From: an uncultured virus (IMG/VR IMGVR_UViG_3300040974_000011)
Taxonomy: Duplodnaviria > Heunggongvirae > Uroviricota > Caudoviricetes
Direction: 5' to 3' (one strand)
DNA: 64,000 bases
Virus record (IMG/VR): IMGVR_UViG_3300040974_000011
The notes beneath the pieces were generated by a model. That model did not search any database. It saw only the letters and a list, made by a program, of their open reading frames with translations, and was not told the DNA's origin. The translations under genes were made by a program, and so were the position numbers. Shown in pieces: positions 28,931 through 38,820 of this stretch (position 1 is the stretch's first letter; every line of letters starts with the position of its first letter).

Positions 28931-29805
28931 TGGCCTACTCGTCCGCCCCATCGACCGTCGACACGACGGATGTCACAGCCGACACTACGGTCGTCACGGT
29001 CGACCAGACCAACACGCGGACAGCCGACGACTATGCCGCGCTGATCACCCCGTGGCAGAGCACCAAGGCGCGGTTCGTCGCCACGGTGCGGGTCAACGTC
29101 CAGCCCTATGCCGACGCGCAGGCCGTCATCAGCACCCTGCCGCTGGCGTTCGACCTCGACTATGCCGAAGGTGCGCAGCTCGACGTCGTCGGGCAGTGGG
29201 TCGGCCGGTCTCGCCTCGTCCCGGTGCCGCTGCCCAACACGTTCTTCGCCTTCGGCGACCCCATCCTTGGCTTCGGATCCGGCTACTGGAGGAGTCCACT
29301 TGATCCCGGAGAGGGCATGTCCGTCCTGCCCGACGACCTTTACCGCCGACTACTCTACGCCAAGATCCTCGCCAATTCCTGGGACGGTACGAGCGAGGGC
29401 ATTCTAGCCATTCTGCGGTCCTACTTCACGGACCCGGCAACGCTAATCGTCGTGGACGATGCCGCCCCCGCAGCTTCGCCGATCAACTACTTCTCCTTCG
29501 GGGACGCTGCCCGCGGCTTCGGATCCGGCAAGTGGAAGGGACCAAACGTCCTCGGCGCACCATCGCTCGGGTACAGCTTGAAGGTCGGGTTCGCCGGTAA
29601 GCTTCCGGCGGCTTTGGATCTGTCTATCCTCGCTGCTGGACTCTTCCCCATCAAGGCCATGGGCGCAAGGCTCACAACACTCGTCACGACCGTTGATCAA
29701 GCCCCGCTATTCGGTTTCGGGCCCGAAACCGAGAGTGTTGCCGGATTTGGCGCGGGTGCATGGGGCAACGCTCCGGACGCCGTCGCCGCGCAAATCGCCG
29801 CTTAG
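28930..29805 (+). CDS. baseplate wedge protein (DUF2612-like)
   Basis: AFDLDYAEGAQLDVVGQWVG...LPDDLYRRLLYAKILANSWDGT. Confidence 0.85.
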   Translation: MAYSSAPSTVDTTDVTADTTVVTVDQTNTRTADDYAALITPWQSTKARFVATVRVNVQPYADAQAVISTLPLAFDLDYAEGAQLDVVGQWVGRSRLVPVPLPNTFFAFGDPILGFGSGYWRSPLDPGEGMSVLPDDLYRRLLYAKILANSWDGTSEGILAILRSYFTDPATLIVVDDAAPAASPINYFSFGDAARGFGSGKWKGPNVLGAPSLGYSLKVGFAGKLPAALDLSILAAGLFPIKAMGARLTTLVTTVDQAPLFGFGPETESVAGFGAGAWGNAPDAVAAQIAA

Positions 29806-29871
29806 CAGATCACCCTTCCTTCCCGCTCGCAGAACCGCAGCGCCTTTGCCGGCGCATGAGGGCGCTTTCGC

Positions 29872-31212
29872 ATGCCGACCAACAATCTCCTCCCGTTCGC
29901 AACTGGCGATGGCGCGCTTGTCCTGAGCGACAGCGCCTATGCATCCGATACGGCACGGCAGACGGGGTTTCAGAACGGCATCGCCGATCCCGCGCACGTC
30001 AACAAGGTCTGGCGACAGGCCGCCTTCGGCGCTTCTGTTCTCGGGCAGATGCTCGTCGCATACGGCCTCGTCGACGCGGATGACGACGGCGATGTTCTTG
30101 GCTTTGCGGCCAAACTGCGAACCTCTATCGCGGCGGCGCTCTCGGGCGCGCTGTTCGGCGTGGATACTTCCACGACGGCCAATGCGATTAGCGTCGCCCT
30201 TGACCCCGTCCCGCCTCAGCTCACCAACTACCGGCAGCTTTTCGTCCGGGTCGCCAACACCAACACCGGCCCGGTCACGATCGCCCTGAACACTCTCGGG
30301 TCAAAGACTGCTGTTCGAAAGAACGGCACGCCCTTCCAGATGGGCGACCTTCTCGCTGGGCAGATCGCGCACTTCCTGTACGACTCCCAGGCTGGGCAAT
30401 GGGTTCTCGCTGGCTTCGCAAACGGCGAGGTCCCTCGCATCACCACCACCGCGACGCTCTACGTTCGCACCGACGCGACCAACACATCGCCGGATGGCTC
30501 AGCCAACACCGCTGCTGCGGCCTTCCCGACGATCGCTTCGGCGATCCAGTACGGGGCCAACAGGTTCTATTTGCCCGGCAAGCCGCTGACCATTCAGCTC
30601 GGCAACCCCGGAACCTATGCGCCGCCCGGCAACATCAACGTCGGCGGCCAAGTCATCATTCAGGGCGATCCGGCGAACCAAGCTCTCTACAGCGTCTCGG
30701 GCGTCGGCCCTAGCGGGGGCGGCAGTTCGTTGTTCGGCGCGGTCGGGACGAACCTTTCGCTTAACGGCCTGACTGTTCAAAATACCGGGACGATCAATTC
30801 GCACCTCGGCGCGGTCGGCTCTGGCAGCATCAGTACGGGCAACGTGACGTTCGCGTCGAGCGTATCGACCGGGCAGCCTTACGTCCTCGCGACGCAGGGT
30901 GGCTCGGCCACGCTCTTCTCAGGGTGCATCGGGACCGGGTTCGCCGGCAGCATCTTCAACGCCTCCAGCGGCTTCATCACCTTGGCGAGCAACCTGTCGA
31001 TCCAAGGGACCCCGCTGTTCACAAGCGCGGCGGCCATCGCAAGCGCGAATGGCGTCATCGCGCTTCTTACCGGCGTGTCTATTTCAGGTCCCGCCGTCGG
31101 CACGCGATACCTAGCCACGACCGGCGGGCGCATCCTCGTGAATGGCGCCGGCCCCAACGTTTTCCCCGGCAACGCTGCTGGATCCGCAGACTCGGTGAGC
31201 ACCTATGCCTAG
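29872..31212 (+). CDS. tail fibre protein
   Basis: FATG...GFQNGIA..VNKVWRQ N-terminal motif; beta-rich C-terminus. Confidence 0.8.
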   Translation: MPTNNLLPFATGDGALVLSDSAYASDTARQTGFQNGIADPAHVNKVWRQAAFGASVLGQMLVAYGLVDADDDGDVLGFAAKLRTSIAAALSGALFGVDTSTTANAISVALDPVPPQLTNYRQLFVRVANTNTGPVTIALNTLGSKTAVRKNGTPFQMGDLLAGQIAHFLYDSQAGQWVLAGFANGEVPRITTTATLYVRTDATNTSPDGSANTAAAAFPTIASAIQYGANRFYLPGKPLTIQLGNPGTYAPPGNINVGGQVIIQGDPANQALYSVSGVGPSGGGSSLFGAVGTNLSLNGLTVQNTGTINSHLGAVGSGSISTGNVTFASSVSTGQPYVLATQGGSATLFSGCIGTGFAGSIFNASSGFITLASNLSIQGTPLFTSAAAIASANGVIALLTGVSISGPAVGTRYLATTGGRILVNGAGPNVFPGNAAGSADSVSTYA

Positions 31213-31687
31213 TTATGATCCTCGGAATTGGTATTGGAAGGCCGACGACGACCGCCTGTACGGGTCAAAGGCTCAGAAGATCCTTGACCTGGATGACGCG
31301 GGGTTCGCGGACTGGAGGGCCATCGGCGGTATCCCGACCGTGTGGCCGCGGGACGAGGAAGGCAATCAGACGAACGCCTCGCTTCAAGAAGTGCTGACCC
31401 CGTATGGCCTGTCGGTCGATGGGACCCCGGTTATCTTGCCTATGAACTTTCTCAAATTCATGGGCCTGTTCACCTCAGATGAGCAACTCGCCCTTGCAGC
31501 TTCCAATGAGCCTTCGGTTCGTCTTTTTTGTCTAATGGCGGCCGGGGCCGAAGCGATCGACGTAACTGACCCTCGCACGATTAATGGCACTCAGCAGCTC
31601 GAAACGCTGAAGCTGATCGCGAAGGGCCGTGCGGCGCAGGTACTCGCCGCTAAGGCGCCCCCTGCCGCGCAGACTACTGAGGGATGA
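31205..31687 (+). CDS. tail fibre-associated/chaperone protein
   Basis: YDPRNWYW motif; follows the fibre gene. Confidence 0.55.
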   Translation: MPSYDPRNWYWKADDDRLYGSKAQKILDLDDAGFADWRAIGGIPTVWPRDEEGNQTNASLQEVLTPYGLSVDGTPVILPMNFLKFMGLFTSDEQLALAASNEPSVRLFCLMAAGAEAIDVTDPRTINGTQQLETLKLIAKGRAAQVLAAKAPPAAQTTEG

Positions 31688-33627
31688 TGATGAGCCTGCG
31701 CCTCGCATCGCTGCTGTTGGCCTTGGGGCTGCTCTTCTCGGGCAGCTACCCAGTCGGCGCTGGCCAGGATCCTGTCGTCGTGGGCGTAACGCCGAACAAC
31801 GACAAGGGAGATCCATTCCGCAATGCGATGATTAAGCTCAACAAGAACGATAGTGAGCTTTACGGCACGCTCGGCTCGGTAAATTCGACCCTCGCCACCA
31901 TCCGCGGGACGATGCCGGTTATCGACCCGAATGGTAAGCTGCGGTTCCCCTCGGGCCCCACCCTCGGCACCTACAATTCCCAAAGCGGCCAGTTCACCTC
32001 TCAGCCGTACAACATCCAGATCCAGGGCTCTGGGTCTACCGGCGATGTGTCGGGGACGAGCGTTCCAGCGCCGAGCAACGCCGCGGCCCAGAGCACCTTA
32101 TCGTGGTTCATCGGCTGGCTCGCCGGCACCAACACCGTCGCGGATCTGCGCACCAACCTGCGCGCTACGCTGTTCAAGAGCGTTCAGACGCTCGGCTACG
32201 CGACTGTCGGAGATGGCGGTGGGGGGCGGTATTTCTGGACAAATGACACCACGACGGCGGATGACGGGTGTTCCGTCATCGTTGCGGCCGATGGTGGACG
32301 CTGGAAGCTCGACCTAACTGGGCCGCTCAGTCCGAAGACGTGTGGGGCGAGGTTAGACAACTCCGTCGATGATACCGCTGCGATCAACAAGGCCATCGCG
32401 GCAAAGGCGGCTGCCGGCGGTGGGCGGGTTCAGTTCCCGGCCTTCACGGCGTTCAAGGCCGGCGGCGTCCAGCTCCGCAGCATGGTTGAGGTGGTCGGCC
32501 CCGGCCCGCGTGTCGGTGTCTGGTACTGCTCGGCCGACCCGTGCATCTCCAAGGTCGCTGGCGAACAGCTCTCCGGCGCCAAGTTTACGGACTTCCGTAT
32601 TTTCCCGGGCAGCCTCGCGCTCTACACCGCGACAGTGATGTCCTTCGGGACGATGAACCATTCCGAGGTCGGCAGGCTACTGATCGAAGGGTTCCTGTCG
32701 AGCACCAGCGGCGCGACGATCCTCAGCCTCGGCGGCGAAGTCGCAACCAACATCACGGACAGCAATCTCGGGTCGAACGTGACGTGGAACCGCTTCCACG
32801 ACATCACGGTCTACGGCTGCGGAATTTGCTGGATCATCCAGGGCAAGTATGGCTCCGGCACGGCGAGCGGCGGCAACGCGCCGTACCCGCTGGCCCAGGT
32901 CACGACACACAACACGTTCGACCAGATCAATTTGTTCTACGTGCAGAACAAGTGCATCTCGATCGTCAACGCGGCAGACACGAATGTCTGGCTCGGCGGC
33001 ATGTGCAATCTGCACGGCACCACCGTCATCGGGGTCGCGAATGGAGATGATCCGAACTACACCGGCAACACCTACGTTGGCGCCAACAAGTTCATCGGGT
33101 TCGGACTTTCCGCCGATGGAGGGCCGACCAGCCTGACGCTTTGGTCGTCGCAAAATTACTCGTCAGCCACTGAGTGCATCGGGTGTGAGAGTGACGTGGA
33201 CCCGTCGCGCCCCGGCTATACGATGATTAACATGCCGAATGCTAAAAGCTACAGCATTTGCGGTAAGCGGCTCGACAACATCGGCAACGATTGGCTCGGC
33301 TGCCAACGCAAAGGCATCGCATGGGATCAGGCCCTGGTCGCCGGCAACCCGGGGACTGGCTTCAACCTGACGTGGCCGTCGCCCTACAGCAAATACATCC
33401 TGGCGGGCAGCGGCACGCTGGCTTCTGGCACGGTGGCTCTGCCTTGCAATCCGCCTAACGGGCTTCGTGCCGTTTTTGCAACCTCCGGCCTGACTGTCAC
33501 CAGTCTCAGCGTGGTCTCATGCTCGGGCGCTGGCCAGAGCATCTACGGCTCGCCCGGCACGGTCAGCCAGACCGCCCCCATCGCGTTCCGCTACGATGCC
33601 GGCTCGAATGGCTGGTTCCGCGACTGA
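31684..33627 (+). CDS. tailspike / pectate-lyase-like beta-helix depolymerase
   Basis: GYATVGDGGGG, CGARLDNSVDDTAAINKAI and beta-helix-like repeats. Confidence 0.75.
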   Translation: MMMSLRLASLLLALGLLFSGSYPVGAGQDPVVVGVTPNNDKGDPFRNAMIKLNKNDSELYGTLGSVNSTLATIRGTMPVIDPNGKLRFPSGPTLGTYNSQSGQFTSQPYNIQIQGSGSTGDVSGTSVPAPSNAAAQSTLSWFIGWLAGTNTVADLRTNLRATLFKSVQTLGYATVGDGGGGRYFWTNDTTTADDGCSVIVAADGGRWKLDLTGPLSPKTCGARLDNSVDDTAAINKAIAAKAAAGGGRVQFPAFTAFKAGGVQLRSMVEVVGPGPRVGVWYCSADPCISKVAGEQLSGAKFTDFRIFPGSLALYTATVMSFGTMNHSEVGRLLIEGFLSSTSGATILSLGGEVATNITDSNLGSNVTWNRFHDITVYGCGICWIIQGKYGSGTASGGNAPYPLAQVTTHNTFDQINLFYVQNKCISIVNAADTNVWLGGMCNLHGTTVIGVANGDDPNYTGNTYVGANKFIGFGLSADGGPTSLTLWSSQNYSSATECIGCESDVDPSRPGYTMINMPNAKSYSICGKRLDNIGNDWLGCQRKGIAWDQALVAGNPGTGFNLTWPSPYSKYILAGSGTLASGTVALPCNPPNGLRAVFATSGLTVTSLSVVSCSGAGQSIYGSPGTVSQTAPIAFRYDAGSNGWFRD

Positions 33628-33667
33628 CCTCCCCACCCGGCAGATCCCCGCTGCGAGACCCTAACTC

Positions 33668-34124
33668 ATGGCGATCACCGCTAGCAGCCCCGACGCGTTC
33701 TTCGACGGGGAGGACTTCGCATGGGACTTCACCGTCACCAACGCGGACGGATCTCCGCTGGACAGCCTTCACCGTCACTACCGACGACACGATCACAGTC
33801 GGCACAACGGCCATCGCCTTCGCCAAGTTCGGCGCCGGCATTGCCTACACGGCCGGGACGGGGCTAATCCTCACGGGCACCCAGTTTGCGATCAACACGA
33901 CGGTCGTCGCTCGGAAGTTCTCGACCAACGTCGGCGACGGATCCTCGACCACGATCACGGTCTCGCACAACCTCGGCACGCTCGACGTGGTGGCTCAGCT
34001 CTATCTGGTGAACACGGGGGAGACGGTGGAGACCGACACCGTTCGGCCCAGCACTGGCACGGTCGCCTTTACGTTCGCGACTGCGCCGGCGGCCGGCGCT
34101 CTCCGCGCTGTCATCACGGGCTGA
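33668..34124 (+). pseudogene. out-of-frame fusion of two virion-gene fragments
   Basis: MAIT...GEDFAWDFTVTNADGSPLD turns to non-coding-like sequence at ~33763; another frame gives TAFTVTTDDTITVGTT...HNLGTLDV...RAVITG*. Confidence 0.6.
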
Positions 34125-34127
34125 GCG

Positions 34128-34487
34128 ATGCCCCGCAAGCAGCTTGGCAGGGCTGCGGCTGCCGCCAACGACCTGATGACGCGAGCGGACGTGCTTGCGC
34201 TCGCAGGTCGACACGCCAAGTTCACCGGCACTCTGACGACGGCCCTGACCATCAGCCTCGGTACGACGCAGACCGTGACGCTGGCAGTGTCTCCAGTCGT
34301 TGCAGGCGACAGCCTCGCAGCCGGAGAGGACATCTCCGTTCAGCCGACCGCTGCAATCCCCGGCGGCATCAACCTCGCTTGGTGGTACGTCTCAGGGGCG
34401 AACCAAGTCGCGCTGGGCTTCACGTCGTCTGCGCTGATCAGCCTGCCGTCTCCGTCGATCCCGTTTCGGGTGACAGCGCACCGGTAG
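34128..34487 (+). CDS. hypothetical virion protein
   Basis: Beta-rich ORF at the end of the tail operon. Confidence 0.55.
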   Translation: MPRKQLGRAAAAANDLMTRADVLALAGRHAKFTGTLTTALTISLGTTQTVTLAVSPVVAGDSLAAGEDISVQPTAAIPGGINLAWWYVSGANQVALGFTSSALISLPSPSIPFRVTAHR

Positions 34488-34489
34488 GC

Positions 34490-35106
34490 TCAGAACGCGA
34501 CGTTGATCTTGTAGATCCCCTTGGCGCCTTCCATCGGGATCGGCTCCCGAGCATCAATCTCCTCGTTCTGCATCCGCAGCATCGAAAGCCAGCCCCAAGC
34601 CGTCTTCGGGACCCACTCAATCCGCGCGCTCATCCGCGCAGCCTTCTGGGCTTCTGTGAGTGGATGCGCGACCGTCTCAATGTGTTGCGAGAAGTCGTAC
34701 AGATAGCCCGTGATGCGGTCGCAGTTTTCCTGAGGATCGCGCGTCGGGCAATGCTCCATGATGAAGCGATAGAGATCGTCGGCCATCGACTTCTCAAGCT
34801 CGGCCGGCGTCATGTCGCGAAAGTCGGTCATCCTTCCCTCCTATGCCTTGGCAGGCTCTGCGAGGATGGCACGAGGCATCAGCCGGGCAGCTTCGGGCCA
34901 ATCAGGCGCACGGTCATCTTCCGATCTCGCTTGTCAGCCTCCGATAGCTCAACGACCTCAAGGTGCGGCGGGCTCATCAGGCTCCACAAAGCCTCGTTGA
35001 TGACGGCCTGAGCTTCGCCAACTGTCTTCGCGCCCGAAGCTTTCAAATCAGCTTCCAGCAATGCGGCCAATTCTCGGACTGCGTAATCGCGCTCTGACAT
35101 CCGCAC
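34490..35106 (-). other. two small minus-strand moron ORFs (34490-34831, 34879-35106)
   Basis: Strong AGGGAAGGA RBS before 34831; antisense to the late genes. Confidence 0.55.
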
Positions 35107-35129
35107 AGCTTATCACATCGGAACCCCGC

Positions 35130-35630
35130 ATGCATCGCATCCTCGCGGCGCTGGCACTCGCCTGCGCGCTCTCCACCCCTGCCCATGCCGCCAGCGACGG
35201 CACCGAGCCCGATCCGGTGCTCACGCCGGGGGCGGTGAGGACGACTGACCGGGCTGAGATCGTGGGCGTGAACACCGCGACGGTCCGCAACGTCACGGGC
35301 GCCGAGAAGCTGGCCGTCTATCGCCGCTACGGGATGAAGGGTCCGCACGATGCGATCCCCGGAACGGACCACATGGCGCCGTTCGAGATCGACCACCGGG
35401 TTCCGCTCTGTGCCGGCGGGGCCAACGACGTGACGAACCTCTGGGTCGAGGCCGGCGACGGACCTTGGACGTTCCACGATAAGGACCGCTTGGAGGACCG
35501 CGTCTGTCAAAAGCTCAAGAAGGGTCTCATCACCGTTGAGCAGGCCCAGGCCGTGTTTCTCGGCGACTGGAAGGCTGGCTACGTCGCCGAGTTCGGCGGC
35601 GCCCCGCAGCATGACGGAGCCGGCCGATGA
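35130..35630 (+). CDS. secreted HNH-like protein
   Basis: Signal peptide MHRILAALALACALSTPAHA; FEIDHRVPLCAGGANDVTNLW. Confidence 0.7.
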   Translation: MHRILAALALACALSTPAHAASDGTEPDPVLTPGAVRTTDRAEIVGVNTATVRNVTGAEKLAVYRRYGMKGPHDAIPGTDHMAPFEIDHRVPLCAGGANDVTNLWVEAGDGPWTFHDKDRLEDRVCQKLKKGLITVEQAQAVFLGDWKAGYVAEFGGAPQHDGAGR

Positions 35631-36364
35631 CCGCTTCGCTCGACCGCGCTGTTTTCTTCGACCGCGTCCGCAAGCCCCTGTTCGGCGGCAGCCTGACGGC
35701 TGAGCAGGTCCAGGGCATGGATGCGATCTTCGACGCCTGCCCGGCTGCGCTTCCGACCGATCCGCTGGCCTACGTCCTCGCCACAACGATCCATGAGACG
35801 GCGCGCACGATGCAGCCGATTGAGGAGTACGGGCGCGGCAAGGGGCGGGCTTACGGGAAAACCGGGTTCTGGGGGCGCGGGTTCGTCCAGCTCACATGGG
35901 ACTACAATTATCGCAAAGCCACGACGGAGCTGCGCAAGCTCGGCGTGCTGACGGCGGCCGAAGACCTCGTGAAGACCCCCGCGCTGGCGATGCGGATGGA
36001 CGCGGCCGCCACCATCCTGTTCCACGGGATGATCTCGGGCTGGTTCACGGGCAAGAAGCTGTCAGACTACTTCGGCCACGGCAAGAGCAATCCGAAGGCC
36101 GCCCGCGCCATCATCAACGGCACGGACAAGGCCGCGCTGATCGCCGGGTACTTCAATCAGTTCAGAGCCGCGCTGATCGCCGCGAAGCACGGCGCCGTCA
36201 CTGAGCCAGCCGCAGAAGCCTCGACGCCGCCAGCGGCCTCCGTAGCCCCCGCCAAGCCCAAGCCGGTCGCGGACAAGCACGCCGTGGAGCCGAAGAAGCC
36301 GGTCCCTGTGCGGAAACGAGCGGCACCCGTGCATCACGTCGTTCAGAAGGCGAAGCACCGCTGA
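35627..36364 (+). CDS. endolysin (GH19 chitinase-like)
   Basis: LAYVLATTIHET...PIEEYG...WGRGFVQLTW.YNY...ARAIING. Confidence 0.9.
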   Translation: MTASLDRAVFFDRVRKPLFGGSLTAEQVQGMDAIFDACPAALPTDPLAYVLATTIHETARTMQPIEEYGRGKGRAYGKTGFWGRGFVQLTWDYNYRKATTELRKLGVLTAAEDLVKTPALAMRMDAAATILFHGMISGWFTGKKLSDYFGHGKSNPKAARAIINGTDKAALIAGYFNQFRAALIAAKHGAVTEPAAEASTPPAASVAPAKPKPVADKHAVEPKKPVPVRKRAAPVHHVVQKAKHR

Positions 36365-36842
36365 TGTCCAGTCACCCCGGCTGGCCGACCGCCTTCGCCA
36401 TTCTGTTCGGCTCTGCGGTGGCTCTGGCGATCCTGTTCGGCGTCGCCGCTCAGTTTCCGAGATGATGTCAGTGCGGGCCGGACGCTACTCCGGCTATCCG
36501 GTGCAGGATGCGAACCTGCAACTACGCTGGTCCTTCGAGCCGCCTTTCGGCGGAGTGCCATGCTCGCCCAGCTTTGCCTTACGACTTTCAGCGTCTTCCG
36601 GTAGGCACCTTTTCCGCCAACCGCGCGTGTCTGCTTTCCACGCCGCCGCACTGACCTTCAGAACATAGCACTTCCGCGCGTTCAGGCAAAGCCGCCGCGC
36701 TTTCAGTTAAAAGCCAGCGAACCTGTGCAATTTTTGCATGAGTTGCCCCTAACCCACTGATTTCATTCCGTTACGGGATAACCCGTTTCGGCTTTTGCGT
36801 CCGTACCGGCGGCTCCGGCAATCCCACATCGCGAGAATTCTC

Positions 36843-37331
36843 ATGACCCGCACCCTCGTTCGGGCGCTGGCGCTTGGCTGCGTCGGCGTCGCCGTGTCTG
36901 CCTGCAACCTCACCGCCAGCCAGGGCCAGATCAACGACGCCCTCAACGGTGGCGTTACGACCCCCGCCGGTCTCTCCGGCGTCGGCCTCTCGACTGCCCA
37001 GATCCAGAAGGTCACGGCGATCATCAATCAGGTCCGCACGGCCACCAAGACCGCCTGCGGCTTCCTCCCGACCGTGACCTCGGTTCAGAACATCATCGTC
37101 GCCCTGAACCCCGATATCGCCTCGGTGAGCGTGCCGGTGACGAAGGTGGCGCAGATCGCCTGCACGGCGCTGAGCAACGCGGCCCCGACCTCCTACACGG
37201 CCGGCGAGGCGCCCGAGAAGGCGAAGAAGGCCCCCGCCAAGGCTGCCGAGCCGAAGGTCGGTGAGACCGTCACCAAGACGATCATCGTGAACGGCCAGCC
37301 TGTGGCTGTGACCGGCACGAAGACCAAGTGA
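36843..37331 (+). CDS. lipoprotein of the lysis module
   Basis: Lipobox VAVSAC after a hydrophobic stretch. Confidence 0.65.
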   Translation: MTRTLVRALALGCVGVAVSACNLTASQGQINDALNGGVTTPAGLSGVGLSTAQIQKVTAIINQVRTATKTACGFLPTVTSVQNIIVALNPDIASVSVPVTKVAQIACTALSNAAPTSYTAGEAPEKAKKAPAKAAEPKVGETVTKTIIVNGQPVAVTGTKTK

Positions 37332-37573
37332 GCCGCGCCATGGCTCGCAAATACCCGTTCCCCGTGCCGTACAAAATCACGGCCGGGCAGGGCGCGCTGA
37401 TCAGCATGGCCCTCAACACGAAGCCGGTCCACGACGCGCTCCCGCGCCTACGGCAGGACGTCGTGGCGAAGCTCCAGGCGTGCAGCTTCTTCAATCACCC
37501 GACCTTCACCAAGGACGAGCTGGACAGCATCCCAGCCGACCTCTGGCGGCAGCTTGAACCCCATCTCGGTTGA
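37328..37573 (+). CDS. hypothetical protein
   Basis: Coupled ORF in the lysis cluster. Confidence 0.5.
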   Translation: MSRAMARKYPFPVPYKITAGQGALISMALNTKPVHDALPRLRQDVVAKLQACSFFNHPTFTKDELDSIPADLWRQLEPHLG

Positions 37574-37582
37574 GGACCGCAT

Positions 37583-37963
37583 ATGACCCAACAGAAGCCT
37601 GTCGCGCCCACTGAGGCTGCGACCACCAAGGCTGTCGTCTCTCCGCAGCTGATCGCGATGGTCTGCCTCGTGATCAGCTTCGTGGCCGGCATCCTCGCCA
37701 GCCGCGGGCTCATCACCAAGGAAACGCTGGCCTACCTCGGCACGGCGGAGTTCCAGGCCGTCGTCGGTAGCATCCTGCTCGCGGGCGCCGGACTGTGGGG
37801 CCTCATCAAGAACCGCCCGCACGGCATCATCCAGTCGGCGGCCGATCTCCCGCAGGTCGATGCGGTGGTGACGAAGCCGAAGACGGCCTCCGAAATCCCG
37901 CTTTCGAACGTCGTCCCGTCCGTGGCCGAAGCCGCGAAGCTCCCCGGCATCACGCAGGGCTGA
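37583..37963 (+). CDS. putative holin
   Basis: Two TM segments; GAGG RBS; lysis module. Confidence 0.55.
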   Translation: MTQQKPVAPTEAATTKAVVSPQLIAMVCLVISFVAGILASRGLITKETLAYLGTAEFQAVVGSILLAGAGLWGLIKNRPHGIIQSAADLPQVDAVVTKPKTASEIPLSNVVPSVAEAAKLPGITQG

Positions 37964-38128
37964 TCCAGGCCGCCGTCGCTCGGCCAAAGGCGATGCAGCG
38001 TGGCGCCAGCCGTCTGCCGGGAAGCTTTCCGGCTAGCGCCACTGACCACAGCAGACGCGATGAGGACCGCGCCCACCATGGCTGATTGCACCCTGTGTCA
38101 GAACCAACCCGCACGGCAAGCCTGAACG

Positions 38129-38533
38129 ATGCTGATAACGGAGGCCTTCGCTCAGACGGCCGAAGCGACCAAAGCCGCCGCAGACGCCGCAGACGTCCTG
38201 TTCCAGTACAAGGTGCTCGGCGCCTTTTGCGTCCTGCTCCTCATCGCGGTCGGGATCCTATTCTGGCTGCTGATCCGCTCCTGGGAGCGCACCGGCAAGC
38301 TCACGGAACTGGCGACCGGCGAGGTATCGGCCCAGAAGACCGCCACGCTGGCGCTAACCGCCACGCTGGAACGGATGCAGTCGGCCCAAGCGGCAGCCGC
38401 CGAAGCCCTGCGGGAGCAAGCTCACGAGACCGCGAAAGAAATCAGCGAAACGCGCCACGCGGTCGCGAACCATCACGCGGGGGTCAATGCCGTCGTCAAC
38501 CTTCTCGTTCGTCATGATCGGGGAGCAGCATGA
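38129..38533 (+). CDS. membrane protein with coiled coil
   Basis: One TM segment followed by an Ala-rich helix. Confidence 0.55.
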   Translation: MLITEAFAQTAEATKAAADAADVLFQYKVLGAFCVLLLIAVGILFWLLIRSWERTGKLTELATGEVSAQKTATLALTATLERMQSAQAAAAEALREQAHETAKEISETRHAVANHHAGVNAVVNLLVRHDRGAA

Positions 38534-38820
38534 TCGGGAGACGCCTCATGTCATGGCTGTATCCGACGCGCGTCAAGACGAAGCTGGAGCGCTTTGAGGC
38601 TGCCATCGCCGAGAGCGGGGAAGCCCATGAGCGGGCTCAGAAGGTCGCCAGCGAGGTCGCGGCCTCTACCGTCGAGGACCGGAAGAAGATCGAAGCCACC
38701 CGCCGTGAGATCCGCCGCCGCAGCGATCAACGGCTCGAACGACAGCGGCACCGCGCCGATCAGGAGCCGGGTCTCGCCGCTGCCATTGATGCCCTGAAGC
38801 TTCTGGAGCGCCGACATTGA
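38530..38820 (+). CDS. hypothetical coiled-coil protein
   Basis: Coupled ORF with GGAG RBS. Confidence 0.55.
   Translation: MIGRRLMSWLYPTRVKTKLERFEAAIAESGEAHERAQKVASEVAASTVEDRKKIEATRREIRRRSDQRLERQRHRADQEPGLAAAIDALKLLERRH

Noticed and set aside
29872..34487. Diversity-generating retroelement or invertible fibre cassette
   Set aside because: No reverse transcriptase, invertase or template/variable repeat pair found
33668..35011. 447-aa ORF as a real protein
   Set aside because: Only the first ~32 codons look coding; the rest overlaps better ORFs in other frames
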